From assembly GCA_963718895.1 (NCBI GenBank), contig CAVRAG010000007.1:704001-768000 (forward strand): 64,000 bases of DNA. Direction: 5' to 3'. A program made the translations under genes and the position numbers. Below are positions 21,127 through 31,594 of this stretch, one piece after another. The first letter of the stretch is position 1. Every line of letters begins with the position of its first letter. Under the pieces are notes generated by a model. The model had not been told where the DNA came from and searched no databases. It was given only the letters and a program-made list of their open reading frames with translations. This DNA is from an uncultured Nitrososphaerota archaeon (lineage in GTDB: Archaea; Thermoproteota; Nitrososphaeria; Nitrososphaerales; Gagatemarchaeaceae).

Positions 21127-22359
21127 TCACCAATCGAGAATCGTGAACTCCTTGGTCAGTCTCTCCTCTCCGAGTATGTTGCCTATGACCAGCTCGAGGC
21201 TCTCGGGCCGACGCCGGAGACCGACGACCTGGTCGTCCCTGAGGGCGTCCCTCAGGAGGTACTCGAACTGCGTCTTGCGGTCGGTCGGACGTCCGAACCT
21301 CTTGACCCGCTCCCTCTCTATCTGTTCGTAGGCGTACATGAACTCGTAGAGCGACCGGTAGATCTGGTGCTCCATGTTCTCCTCGAGGTTGAACTCCAGC
21401 TCCGAGCGGTCCCTCCCGCCGATGGTTATCTCCTGGAGCCCCTCCAAGTCAGCCCAGAATATGGTGCCGTCCGGGGCGAGACACTGCGTCCTTGTCGAGC
21501 CAGACGTCGTAAAAGTCGAGCCCGCTGTAGGTGCCGTTGCCGTTGTCTCTCATCGACCTGACGAAGAGAGTGAGGATGGCGATTCCGCTCTTGACGAAGT
21601 TCCGAAGGAAGGACATCGCCTTCTCGTCGCTGTCCAGGCGGAAGAAGTCGAAGAGCTCCCCGGTGTCGTCCCCGATGGTCCAGTCCGAGTGGAAGTATAT
21701 CCTGACGTTGGACGGGATCAGCCTCGCCTCCTGGACCATCTCCTGCTTGAACTTCCTGTACCAGTAGACCTGGACCACCTCGTCCTGTAGCGTCTTGGGC
21801 AGCTTGACTATCTTCACCAGGGGAGCGATCCTGAAGCCGTGGATGGAGGTGGTGCTCGCGTCAGACATCTCGGCCGCCTTCATTGCGATGGTCGCGAACT
21901 CGAGCCCCTGGGATCCGTAGGGGCAGCCCCTCGACCACAGCTCGCCGGTGAGGTACCGTGGGAACCTGCATCTCCTTCTCCCTAGAGTTGAGTATCCTGT
22001 CCCTGACTTCGCCGTTCTTGAGGAGGCCGCAGACCTCCTCCCTCTTGAAGAGCTGGCGGCTGAACGGGCTGGTAGTCGAGCCTATCCCCTTCACAGAGAA
22101 GTAGAAGTCGGTCCCGTCTATGGTCACGCTACGGACGCCTGTCGACCGCGCTCCTGTTGTCGTCGATGAGGAGCTCCCTGCTGCCCACCGGGCCTGCATT
22201 TGGTGAAGGGCTTGACACTCTCGGGGAGGTAGACCTTGTCGAACCCAGGCATCTCGAGAGATCGAAGTGTCTGTTCGTGATCGTGCCGGCGCCTTCGTAT
22301 ACATCGAGAGTGATGGGCACCCCCCTCAGCTCGATGTCTGCGGCCTTGGTCATTCGCAC
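21127..22359 (-). CDS. Hypothetical protein with kinase-like/SelO-like motifs (several frameshifts)
   Basis: Stitched from ORFs 22129-22359, 22124-22375, 21861-22304, 21449-21883, 21127-21447; FSVKGIGSTTSPFSR and DVWLDKDAV.APDGTIFWADLE. Confidence 0.55.
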
Positions 22360-22387
22360 TGTCAGGTCTTTCCACTCTACCCAGCTG

Positions 22388-23470
22388 CTACTGCCTCGGA
22401 GCCCCGCAGTAGGGGCATCTGTCTGCGGTCGTTGGAATCAGGGTGCCGCAGTACCTGCAATTCGTCTTCGCGACTTCCCTTATCACGACCTGCTCAGGTG
22501 GGTTCGAGCCGAGGTTTACTCCCGATTGCCATGATTGTGGTGGGGGGACCGAGGGAGGCGGAACGGATGGAGGGGCTGGAGGGATCGAGGATGGAGTGGG
22601 GGAGTGCTCTGGAAGCCTCTCCTTCCTGCGCCTGGACCGTGCACCCGCGTAGGCCAGCGCGAGGACCACCACGACCGCAGCCAGCGCGATATACCCAAGG
22701 TCGGTGTAAGAGAGGCCGAGCGGCAGGCCAGTGCCCGAGGTCGTGGGTGGCGGCGTGCTGGCGGTCGCCAGCGGGTAGCTCGCGGTGGTCACGTAGAGGT
22801 CGTCGGTGTAGGTGAAGCTCCCCGACCTGACCCTGGTACTGCCCGTTGTCCTGCTCCACGTAGTTGTAGCCTACGATGAACCCGGTCGCCGGGTCGAAGT
22901 ATTCGTCCCAGGTGTAGGACGCAGAGAAGACACCATAGGAGTCGTTCCGCTGGTACAGGCCCGTGCCCCTCACGTGGATGGTCTGGACGTACTGGTTCTC
23001 CGTAGGGAGCTGGAAGCTGTAGTTCTTCGAGAGCACGGTCATCTGCGTGTTCAGGGAGAAGAAGGGATTCCCGGCGGGAACGGCGGGGTCCATCGCGAAC
23101 CAGACGAAGATAGGTGCAGAGTACCCGACCTGGTTGTCGGTCCCGTTGACGTAGGTGAAGTTCTCGGACGACCACGTGAACGGGCCGGAGTACGAGTTTG
23201 ACGAGGACGCCCCCTGGTTGCTGCTGTAGGTGAAGGAGAGGCCGTACTGGGCGGAGACTACCCCGCCGCTCGCCCCGGTCTCCTGCTCGTTCCCGCTCAC
23301 CTGGGTCTCGTCGGTGTACCCTGAGTACGAGCCCTTGCCGTTGTTGACGGTGATGGTCTCTGAATAGCTGAAGGAGTAGCCGTTCTGCGGAACCAGCGTG
23401 AGCGCTCATGGCCATCGTGCCAAGCAGCAGGATCGCGAGCAGCGGCAGCGACCGCCGCCCTTTTGTTCAA
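22388..23470 (-). CDS. Membrane-anchored surface protein with C-terminal zinc ribbon (frameshifted)
   Basis: Signal peptide, Tyr/Ser-rich beta domain, TM, Pro-rich linker, CRYC...CPYC. Confidence 0.7.
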
Positions 23471-25038
23471 CCGGCGAACCCTCCGATTCCGTGGCTGTGA
23501 GCCGGATGGAAGCCGCCCATCCCGCTGAAGGTCGCGTTGTAGGACGAGTGAGCCACTATCACAGGGAAGTTCCACCAGAAGAAGCCAGGATAGGGGCCGT
23601 ATGTGAACTGTACGGGGGTGTCCGTCAGGCTCGCCGTCGAGTCTAACTCCTTCACGATCTCGTTTCTCACTCCGTGGATCATCCTGACCGCGAGGGCGAC
23701 GACCTGTGAACGTTCCAGCCCTCCCACGTAACTCGAGAGCAGCGTGACCGCCTTCTCCATCAGGTCGAGGACCTCGTGGGACTCGAAGACGGGTATCGAC
23801 GACAGCACGGCCGCAGCCACAAGAGGATACTCCAGGTATGTCCTCAGCTGTTCCAGCACGCTCTTCAGCTTCTCCTGGACCTCGTCGGCATCGAGCTCGC
23901 CTATAGCCAGGAAGGCCGACGATATCTCGGTGTCCTCGGACTTCATGAACCCCCAGGAGCTGAAGAGGGCCCTGAACGACTCGAACTTGATGACGAGGTC
24001 GTCGTAGGGGAGGTTCATCACGCCGAGTATCGCCGCCGCGTCGTACGACGAAGTGATCTGGGTGAACTTGATGAGGTTGTCCACCGGATAGGTCCCATCG
24101 TACCTCCTGCCCGCCATCACCGTCGCTGCGACGCCGGCTGACAGCTCCTTTGGGACCCCGTGCTTCCTTATCTCCTCGTCGAGGCTCTTCAGGACCTTCT
24201 CGAGGCTCGCGACCTCCGGGCTGGCGAGCGCCGTGAGTATCTCGGCAGCCATCAGGCTGTTCGTAGTCGTGGAGTGGAGGCCGTGGATGAGGTCGATCGC
24301 CTGGACGACCCTCTGTCCGATCTGCTGGGGGTCTCCCTGGAGCTTGCCCAGGCCCAGCGCCGTTCCCCAGAGCAACGGAGTGCCCCACTCCGGTTCGAGC
24401 TCCAGTGGGTGCTCCTTGTCCGCAATCTCCGGGAGCTTGGCCCTGATGAGGGGCACGTAGAAGCTGGCCCGGTTCGCTATCGAACGGAGCTCGGCGTACA
24501 TCGCCTTGTTCTCGTTCACAAAGTCCGGGAACTCTTCGTCGGCGACCCGGTAGTTCCTCACGTCGAGGTCGTTCAGAATCACGGTCCCGAGCGTCGTGAG
24601 CGAGATGTATCCGCCGCCGTACGCCGCCATGCGGTCGATCAGAGACTTCTCCTGGAGTAGCGCGTTCAGGTTGCCCTCCATCTGCGTCAGCTTGGCGCTC
24701 TCCTCGGCTGCGGTTGCGGTCTCTGCCTGGATCTTCTCCTGCATTGCCTCCTTCTCGTCCTTCGGCGCAAAGTGGAACTTGAACGAGTGCTGCCTGTCCT
24801 GGTCCTGGCCGACGGCACTCTCCGCAATCTCCGCCTGCGGCTTCTCGGCGGCGACATCCATGGCGAGTTGCGAGAGTCTCGATACCTCGGCGACCCCCTT
24901 GTCGTAGTCCTCCTTGCTCGTGCTCATGACATAGCCGTTGGCCGAGAGATACCCTAGGTCGGCGGGAGGGATTGGCGAGATTGGCTGCTTGAGGTAGTTG
25001 ACCTCGGAAAGGAACTCCCTGACTTCGCTACACTTCAA
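23467..25038 (-). CDS. Hypothetical helical-repeat protein (DUF4003-like C-terminal half)
   Basis: 523-aa intact ORF; coiled coil, repeated AAxL helices, His/Gly-rich tail. Confidence 0.7.
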   Translation of the reverse strand: MKCSEVREFLSEVNYLKQPISPIPPADLGYLSANGYVMSTSKEDYDKGVAEVSRLSQLAMDVAAEKPQAEIAESAVGQDQDRQHSFKFHFAPKDEKEAMQEKIQAETATAAEESAKLTQMEGNLNALLQEKSLIDRMAAYGGGYISLTTLGTVILNDLDVRNYRVADEEFPDFVNENKAMYAELRSIANRASFYVPLIRAKLPEIADKEHPLELEPEWGTPLLWGTALGLGKLQGDPQQIGQRVVQAIDLIHGLHSTTTNSLMAAEILTALASPEVASLEKVLKSLDEEIRKHGVPKELSAGVAATVMAGRRYDGTYPVDNLIKFTQITSSYDAAAILGVMNLPYDDLVIKFESFRALFSSWGFMKSEDTEISSAFLAIGELDADEVQEKLKSVLEQLRTYLEYPLVAAAVLSSIPVFESHEVLDLMEKAVTLLSSYVGGLERSQVVALAVRMIHGVRNEIVKELDSTASLTDTPVQFTYGPYPGFFWWNFPVIVAHSSYNATFSGMGGFHPAHSHGIGGFAG

Positions 25039-25512
25039 TTCCTGACGTCGGTCGCGGGGTCGTTGCTCTTAAGGCGATAGCCGTACCAGTAGGGGGTGCC
25101 CTCGCTAGAGACCAGAAACCCTCGTTCCCCGAGGAGGGAGTCAGAGCCCAATACGAGAGGGTCGAATTTGTCATCTGAAGTGAGGGCTCGACACGTCATC
25201 CGCTGAGGGACCCTGAACCGAGGCGTTCAGTCCTCTTGTGGCTGGTTTCAGTCTGCATGATCCTGTCGGAAGCGCAAACCGAGTCCCGCATAGATAATGG
25301 TTACCTTCAGTCCAAGTTTGGTAAGAGTGAGGGCGTTCCCTGATTGCTCGGCGAGAGCGAACTTTCCATGGACCATTTGTCTCAGTTACTTGTTCGAGTA
25401 GCCATTCTGGGAGAATCGTCTCTTTGCCGCCTTCCCCTCCGGAATCACGACTTGTCGGAGCGAAGATGTTTCCTGAAACCTTTAAATAAAGAATATGGGT
25501 CAATAATCATCG

Positions 25513-27072
25513 TTGGCAACTGCTCGGAAGCCGAAGCAGAAACCTAAGGTCAAGAGCAAAATCTCAAGGTCCGACGTCCTTGCACCTGTTCCCACGAAGA
25601 TCAATAGGAGACAGGCCATTAGCACGGTTGGAAAGGTCGCCATAGCCGCCGGCGCGGTCATAGTGATTGGCGGAGTTGCGTATTATGTGAGCAGTAGCTC
25701 GAACAACACACCAACTTCCACCTCGACTCCTATGACCTCGAGCACAACGTCCGTTGCTTCTTCAACAAGCACTACATCCCAAGTCGCTTCAACAAGCGCT
25801 GCTTCTAGCTTTCCGTCGGTGATAACCATTGGTGCCCCATTTCCACTCTCTGGCGCCGAGGCAAGCATAGGAAATGACAGCAAGACCATGGTGAACCTGT
25901 ACGTTAACTACATCAACAACAATGGTGGGATAAAATCCATGAATGGCGCAAAGTTAAACGTCGTCTTTGTGGACAATCAAGGGGACCCCAACGTGGGGGT
26001 CACGGAAACGGAGGTCCTGATCAACCAGAACAAGGTTTCGGCGCTTCAGAACGGCTTCCTGAGCGGGGTTGTCCTCACCGAGAGCCAAGTGTCAGAGAAC
26101 GCCGGCGTGCCTATGGTCACTGGATCCTCATCGAATCCCTCGTTGACGCAGAGAGGCTACTCGCACTTCTTCAGGTGCTGGATGGCGGACAACGTACTCG
26201 CGGCGCAGCAGGTTGCCTTCTTGCAGACGATGATGGCTGCGAATCCGTCCGTAACGGTAAAGAACGTCGCCATCCTGAATGACAATACCCTGTTCGGAAC
26301 CGGAGTCGGGTCATATGTCGAGCAGGCCATTGGGGCGCTCGCGGGAAGCCCGTTCAACATCGTAGCTAACATCACTTATCCTGCTAATCCGGCCGATATG
26401 ACGAGCGAAGTAGAGCAACTTGCGAGCGCTAACGCCGACGTGCTCTTCACAGGCATAAGCTCAACAGGAGATGCCATCTTGTCCCAGGAGACCTTTAAGA
26501 AGTATAACGTGGACTTCAAGGCCACGTTCAGCGCTTCTGGGCACATCAACCCTCCCTATCTGGCGATAGGGACCGACGCATACTACCCCATCTGCAGAGT
26601 GCCGTGGTCGACCGACCTGCTCGTAACGAAGCCGTGGGAACAGCAGTGGGCTACCATGTTCCAGCAAGCTTCAGGCGGGACCCAATTCTACACCTATCCC
26701 GCCGACAGCTGGACCTGCCTCAACGTCATCCGAAACGCCCTGGAGACCGCAGCCAGTGCCGATCCCGAAAAGATAACGGCCGCGCTCAAAGCGACAAACC
26801 TCGGACCAGACGACTGCATGGAGGGTTACTCCGGCGTAAAGTTTGACGCCACCGGGCAGAACACTCTCGCCGTCCCGCTTCACGTGCAGCTAATGCCCGA
26901 CCAACTCTGGCACGTGGTGTCTCCGGCCAATATCGCAAGCTATCAGTACGTCTTCCCACAGCCGACTTGGAAACAGCGGGCAGCAGGACAATGGCCGCCG
27001 ATGGTCACCGTCAACGGGTACACCGAGACCAACACCGAAGTCCTCACAACCACGTCGAGTTCCCACTCCTAG
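25513..27072 (+). CDS. livK: Branched-chain amino acid-type ABC substrate-binding protein (Tat-like signal)
   Basis: NRRQAI twin-Arg, S/T linker, IGAPFPLSG, INNNGGI, LTQRGY.HFFR. Confidence 0.85.
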   Translation: MATARKPKQKPKVKSKISRSDVLAPVPTKINRRQAISTVGKVAIAAGAVIVIGGVAYYVSSSSNNTPTSTSTPMTSSTTSVASSTSTTSQVASTSAASSFPSVITIGAPFPLSGAEASIGNDSKTMVNLYVNYINNNGGIKSMNGAKLNVVFVDNQGDPNVGVTETEVLINQNKVSALQNGFLSGVVLTESQVSENAGVPMVTGSSSNPSLTQRGYSHFFRCWMADNVLAAQQVAFLQTMMAANPSVTVKNVAILNDNTLFGTGVGSYVEQAIGALAGSPFNIVANITYPANPADMTSEVEQLASANADVLFTGISSTGDAILSQETFKKYNVDFKATFSASGHINPPYLAIGTDAYYPICRVPWSTDLLVTKPWEQQWATMFQQASGGTQFYTYPADSWTCLNVIRNALETAASADPEKITAALKATNLGPDDCMEGYSGVKFDATGQNTLAVPLHVQLMPDQLWHVVSPANIASYQYVFPQPTWKQRAAGQWPPMVTVNGYTETNTEVLTTTSSSHS

Positions 27073-27099
27073 TCCCCGGCAAGGCAGGGCCTGGAGCAA

Positions 27100-27978
27100 A
27101 TGGTCGAACTAGTCGCTCTGCTGAACGTAACCCTGAGCGGCTTGTTCGTAGGTTCGGTTTATTCTCTGATCAGCATGGGCCTCACCCTCATCTGGGGGAC
27201 TTTGCGTGTTGTCAACTTCGCCCACGGCGCTCTGATGGCGTTCGCCATGTACGCGGCCTTTTGGTGTTGGTCGATTCTCGGTCTTGACCCCCTCGTGTCC
27301 ATCTTTCTCATCTTCCCTCTCATGTTCGCGATAGGCGTGGCAATAGAAGGGTCGTTGATCGCTCCAATCCTCAAAGCGGACGTAATGGCACAGCTCTTAC
27401 TCACCTTCGGTCTCATGCTGGTGATAACGAACGCCATGGCCTACTTCTGGTCCACGAACGAACGACTGATCATTCCCTGGTATGCATACAGGCTGTTCGA
27501 GTATTCAGGAGTCCTAATCGACGCACCCAGGGCGATAACGTTCGTCGCATCGGTCTCCTTCGCTGCCGGGCTCTACGTGTTCATGACGCGCACATCATGG
27601 GGATGGGCGATCAGGGCGACCGCGTTGGATAGGGAGGCGGCCGAGGCCTCCGGCATAAACGTCGCGACCATGTTCGCGATCGTCTTCGGACTCGGCACAG
27701 CGATGGCGGGTCTTGCGGGAGTCCTGGTCTCTACCTACTACCCTGTCACCCCGGACGCCGGGTCCAGCTTCCTGTACCTGGCCTTCGTTGCCGTCATCCT
27801 CGGCAGCCTCGGGAATTACATTGGAGCTTTGGTCGGCGGTTTGCTGTTGGGCGTTGTGGAAGCCCTGACCGCGTTTCTTTGGCTGGCCCAGCTCAGCCAA
27901 GCGGTGGCGTTTGCTCTGTTCATCATTATCCTGGTGTTCAGGCCTCAAGGACTCTTCGCAAAATCGCTGAGGTCCTAG
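27100..27978 (+). CDS. livH: BCAA ABC permease
   Basis: GLTLIWG...VNFAHG, GWAIRA..D.EAA..SGIN, RPQGLF. Confidence 0.9.
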   Translation: MVELVALLNVTLSGLFVGSVYSLISMGLTLIWGTLRVVNFAHGALMAFAMYAAFWCWSILGLDPLVSIFLIFPLMFAIGVAIEGSLIAPILKADVMAQLLLTFGLMLVITNAMAYFWSTNERLIIPWYAYRLFEYSGVLIDAPRAITFVASVSFAAGLYVFMTRTSWGWAIRATALDREAAEASGINVATMFAIVFGLGTAMAGLAGVLVSTYYPVTPDAGSSFLYLAFVAVILGSLGNYIGALVGGLLLGVVEALTAFLWLAQLSQAVAFALFIIILVFRPQGLFAKSLRS

Positions 27979-27982
27979 ATTC

Positions 27983-28963
27983 GTGTACTCCGAGCGGACA
28001 CCCAGAAACCTGCTGAGATTGGTGGTGGCATTCGTGGTCGCAGCCGCCGTGCTGCCTGTGATCAACCCGCCTCTAGTCGTGATTGAGGTCCTCTTCGATG
28101 TCTTCCTTATAGCGATTCTGGCGACGTCTTGGAATCTGCTCGCAGGTTTTGCCGGACAGTTCAACTTTGGTCAGGCGGCGTACTTTGGAATCGGAGCGTA
28201 CTCGGCCGGTATTCTCTTCGAGTACTACGGGATTTCGCCGTGGGCCGCGATGGTAGTAGGGCCACTGCTGGCGGCGGGTCTATCCTGGGGAATTGGCTAT
28301 CCCCTGTTCAGGATGCGCGCGGACTACTACGCCCTGGCGACGCTCGCCCTCGCGGAGGTCCTCATGATAACCTTCTCCTCATGGAACTATGTGGGCGCGG
28401 CCTTCGGGCTCCAGTACCGGCCGGTACACTATTCGTGGATCTACTTCCAGTTCGACACGACCGTGATCCCCTACTACTACATCGGGCTCGCCCTTCTGGT
28501 AGGTGCACTCTTCCTCGCGAGAGCGGTCAGGACGTCCCATTTCGGGTTGAGACTCCTGGCTATACGAGACGACGAGGAGGCGGCCAAGTCTCTCGGAATA
28601 AACACTCTGCTGGAGAAGCAGAAGATTGCTGCGCTGAGCGCCGGTCTGGCCGCGGTTGGAGGCGTGCTGTACGCACAGTACACGCTCTATCTTAGTCCCA
28701 CCGCGACCATGTCCATAACTCAGACGGCCCAGATGATACTCCCGGCGGTGCTAGGTGGCATGGGGAGCATCTACGGCCCTCTCATCGGCGCGGCCGTCAC
28801 CGGGCCGATCTTCTGGTACTTCACGTTCTCCATAGGCAGCACCGTAGAGCTGTTGGCGAGGGGCGCGGCCCTCGTCGTAATCGTGCTGTTCATTCCGCGC
28901 GGGATTGTCCAAACGCTCATCGACAAGTTCGCTCGAGGGCCAAGGAAGGACGCGCGGAAATGA
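27983..28963 (+). CDS. livM: BCAA ABC permease
   Basis: WNLLAGFAGQFNFGQAAYFGIGAY, AIRDDEEAA.SLGIN, GGMGS..GP. Confidence 0.9.
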   Translation: MYSERTPRNLLRLVVAFVVAAAVLPVINPPLVVIEVLFDVFLIAILATSWNLLAGFAGQFNFGQAAYFGIGAYSAGILFEYYGISPWAAMVVGPLLAAGLSWGIGYPLFRMRADYYALATLALAEVLMITFSSWNYVGAAFGLQYRPVHYSWIYFQFDTTVIPYYYIGLALLVGALFLARAVRTSHFGLRLLAIRDDEEAAKSLGINTLLEKQKIAALSAGLAAVGGVLYAQYTLYLSPTATMSITQTAQMILPAVLGGMGSIYGPLIGAAVTGPIFWYFTFSIGSTVELLARGAALVVIVLFIPRGIVQTLIDKFARGPRKDARK

Positions 28964-29676
28964 CACTCCTTCTCGTCAAGGGAATCTCGAAAGCATATGG
29001 GGGAGTCGTAGCCGTGGACGACGTGTCACTCCAGGTAGAGGAGGGGGAGATAGTTGCGTTGATTGGACCTAACGGATCAGGCAAGACCACCCTGGTCGAC
29101 ATGATTACGGGGTTCCTTTCAACGGACCGGGGGAGCGTGGTCTTCGACGGCAGGGAGATCGCAAAAATGCCGCCCGATAGGATTGCGAGGATTGGGCTCG
29201 TGAGAACCTTTCAGGTCTGCAGGCTTTTCGGTAGGATGACTGTCATCGAGAACCTGCAATCTGTGCCAGTGACGAAGGAGAGGTCGCCTGAGAGAGTGGA
29301 CCGCATCGAGGAGACGCTCGAGACGGTGCGCCTGAACCACCTTCGTGACGAGTACGCCGCCAACCTGTCAGGAGGACAGAAGAAGCTGCTCGAATTCGCC
29401 CGAATCCTCCAGCTCAATCCGAAACTGATTGTGATGGACGAGCCTTTCGCCGGGATGGACCCGTCCGTGATCGAAGACCTAGTGAAGCTCATCCAAGAGT
29501 TGCGAAACACGGGGATGTCCTTTCTCATAGTCGAGCACAACCTGGCAATAATCTCCAGACTCTGCAGACGAGCCATAGTGCTCGACGAAGGCGAGAAGAT
29601 CGCAGACGCGGACTACTCGACCGTGGTGAACGACCCACGAGTTGTGCAAGCCTACTTGGGAGCAAAGCGGAAATGA
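28960..29676 (+). CDS. livG: BCAA ABC ATP-binding protein
   Basis: GPNGSGKT, RTFQ, LSGGQKK, DEP, VVQAYLG. Confidence 0.9.
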   Translation: MTLLLVKGISKAYGGVVAVDDVSLQVEEGEIVALIGPNGSGKTTLVDMITGFLSTDRGSVVFDGREIAKMPPDRIARIGLVRTFQVCRLFGRMTVIENLQSVPVTKERSPERVDRIEETLETVRLNHLRDEYAANLSGGQKKLLEFARILQLNPKLIVMDEPFAGMDPSVIEDLVKLIQELRNTGMSFLIVEHNLAIISRLCRRAIVLDEGEKIADADYSTVVNDPRVVQAYLGAKRK

Positions 29677-30389
29677 GCCTGCAGGTCACCGACCTGGTGG
29701 CGGGATACGGCAAAGTCGAGATCGTCCACGGTGTGAATCTGACGGCGAAGGCCTCGAGCGTCACTGGAATAATAGGTCCCAATGGGTCGGGCAAATCGAC
29801 CATCTTGAAGACAATCGCCGGATACATCAAGCCCTGGAGAGGAGAAGTGCTATACGAGGGGCAGGACATCGGCGGCAGGAAGCCCCACACTCTGCTCAAG
29901 AGCGGTCTGGCGTACCTGATGCAACGAAGGAGCGCCTTTGCGGACCTGACGGTAGAACAGAACCTGAAGCTGGGAGAATGGATAATGCCACGGGAGAGGA
30001 CGAAGCTGAAATCAGCAATAGAGGACATGTACAACCTCTTCCCGAAGCTGCGGGAGCGCAGGAACACCCGTGCGGGCTCCCTGAGCGGAGGGGAGCAACG
30101 AATGGTCGAGCTCGCAAGGGCTCTCATCACCAGACCCAAGGTCCTTCTGATTGACGAGTTCTCGACCGGGCTGTCGCCGAAGGTCTACACAGAGCTCTAC
30201 GACAAGCTCCAAACCATCAGCAAAGATGAGCACATTACGATACTCGCCGTGGACCAGAACGTGGTGGAGATCGCGGAGGTGGCAGATTACATTTACGTCA
30301 TCAAGCTCGGCAACGTCGATACCGAGGGGCCTATTGACGACTTTCGGAGCAGGCTCGACGCCGTGGTGCAGAGCTGGCTCAAGGCCTAG
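29673..30389 (+). CDS. livF: BCAA ABC ATP-binding protein
   Basis: GPNGSGKS, LFPKLRER..AGSLSGGEQRM. Confidence 0.9.
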   Translation: MSLQVTDLVAGYGKVEIVHGVNLTAKASSVTGIIGPNGSGKSTILKTIAGYIKPWRGEVLYEGQDIGGRKPHTLLKSGLAYLMQRRSAFADLTVEQNLKLGEWIMPRERTKLKSAIEDMYNLFPKLRERRNTRAGSLSGGEQRMVELARALITRPKVLLIDEFSTGLSPKVYTELYDKLQTISKDEHITILAVDQNVVEIAEVADYIYVIKLGNVDTEGPIDDFRSRLDAVVQSWLKA

Positions 30390-30563
30390 GTCGGATGCAT
30401 GCGAGCCTGGCTCCGGCTGCGAGGCGCCCTTCAGATTGCTCTCGGGCTTCAGTCCCATCGTTCGAGCGTCATCGGCGTTGGGATAGCCGCTTGGTCGGAA
30501 TTGGTGCGATAGGTTAGGAGTAGGAAGGCACTTTTTTAAACCGCCCCGCACACTCGCCACTTC

Positions 30564-31577
30564 ATGTCTCTCAAGTTCGGACTCGCGACTCCAAACGCCG
30601 CCGAAGGCATCATATTTGACGTGGGGTTCGTGGACCACAGGACCACGGTCGGCCTCTCGGTGGAGGCGGAGGCTCTCGGCTTCGATTCGGTGTGGACCAA
30701 CGACCACATCACGACGCAGAAGTACTTGAGGGAGTTCGTTAAGAGTCCGCCCAACCACTTCGACCCGCTTGTCACTCAGGCGTTCATCGCAGAGGCGACC
30801 AAGAAGATCAGGCTAGGCACAGCTGTGGTGGTGCTCCCCTATAGGAATCCGGTGATACTCGCGAAGCAGGTGGCCACTCTGGACAGGCTGTCCCGAGGGC
30901 GGCTGATTCTCGGGCTAGGCACCGGCGCATACAGGGAGGAGTTCGAGGCGATAAATCCGACGCTCAGGTACGAGGAGAGAGGGGATCTCATGGACGAGAG
31001 CGTCAGGGCCCTGAGGCTCCTTCTAACGAAAGCGAAGGCCAGTTTCAATGGGAAGTACGTCAAGTTTTCAGACGTGGAGATGTTCCCCAAGCCGAAGCAA
31101 CAGATCCTCCCGCTATGGATGGGAGGAAACTCCCCCCGCGTCATGAGGAGGGCCGGAGAGATGGGTGATGGCTGGCTGCCCGCCTGTCTGACGCCTAATG
31201 CGGTTCGGGAGGGTGCCTCCAAGATAAGAGGATACGCCCGGAAAGCGGGGAGGCTAGCCTCGCGCGTCGAGATCGCACCACAGTATCTCGTGCTTCTTGG
31301 CAAGACCCGAGAAGATGCTTCGAGGAAGTTCAGGAGAAGTCTTTCGTACAAGCACCTGGTCTCGCTTCAGAAGACCACCATGAAGGGGCAGTTGGCAGAA
31401 TCCTATGAAGCATCGAACCTCATCGGCACCCCCACCCAGGTCATCGAGCAAATAGATGCGCTGCAGAAGGCGGGTGTTTCCTACTTCTCGGCACTAGTCT
31501 TCATGTGCGAAGGCTACGGGGACTTCCTCCGACAGGCCAAGGTCTTCGCGAAAGAAGTCATACCGTCCTTCAGGTGA
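30564..31577 (+). CDS. LLM-class (possibly F420-dependent) oxidoreductase
   Basis: GFDSVW..DH, RLGTAV..LPYRNPV.LAKQ.ATLD.LS.GR. Confidence 0.9.
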   Translation: MSLKFGLATPNAAEGIIFDVGFVDHRTTVGLSVEAEALGFDSVWTNDHITTQKYLREFVKSPPNHFDPLVTQAFIAEATKKIRLGTAVVVLPYRNPVILAKQVATLDRLSRGRLILGLGTGAYREEFEAINPTLRYEERGDLMDESVRALRLLLTKAKASFNGKYVKFSDVEMFPKPKQQILPLWMGGNSPRVMRRAGEMGDGWLPACLTPNAVREGASKIRGYARKAGRLASRVEIAPQYLVLLGKTREDASRKFRRSLSYKHLVSLQKTTMKGQLAESYEASNLIGTPTQVIEQIDALQKAGVSYFSALVFMCEGYGDFLRQAKVFAKEVIPSFR

Positions 31578-31594
31578 AGAGAACGGAGAGCCGT

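Noticed and set aside
25171-25500. Intergenic hairpin region as a fifth element copy
   Set aside because: One local hairpin only; none of the family motifs found on either strand
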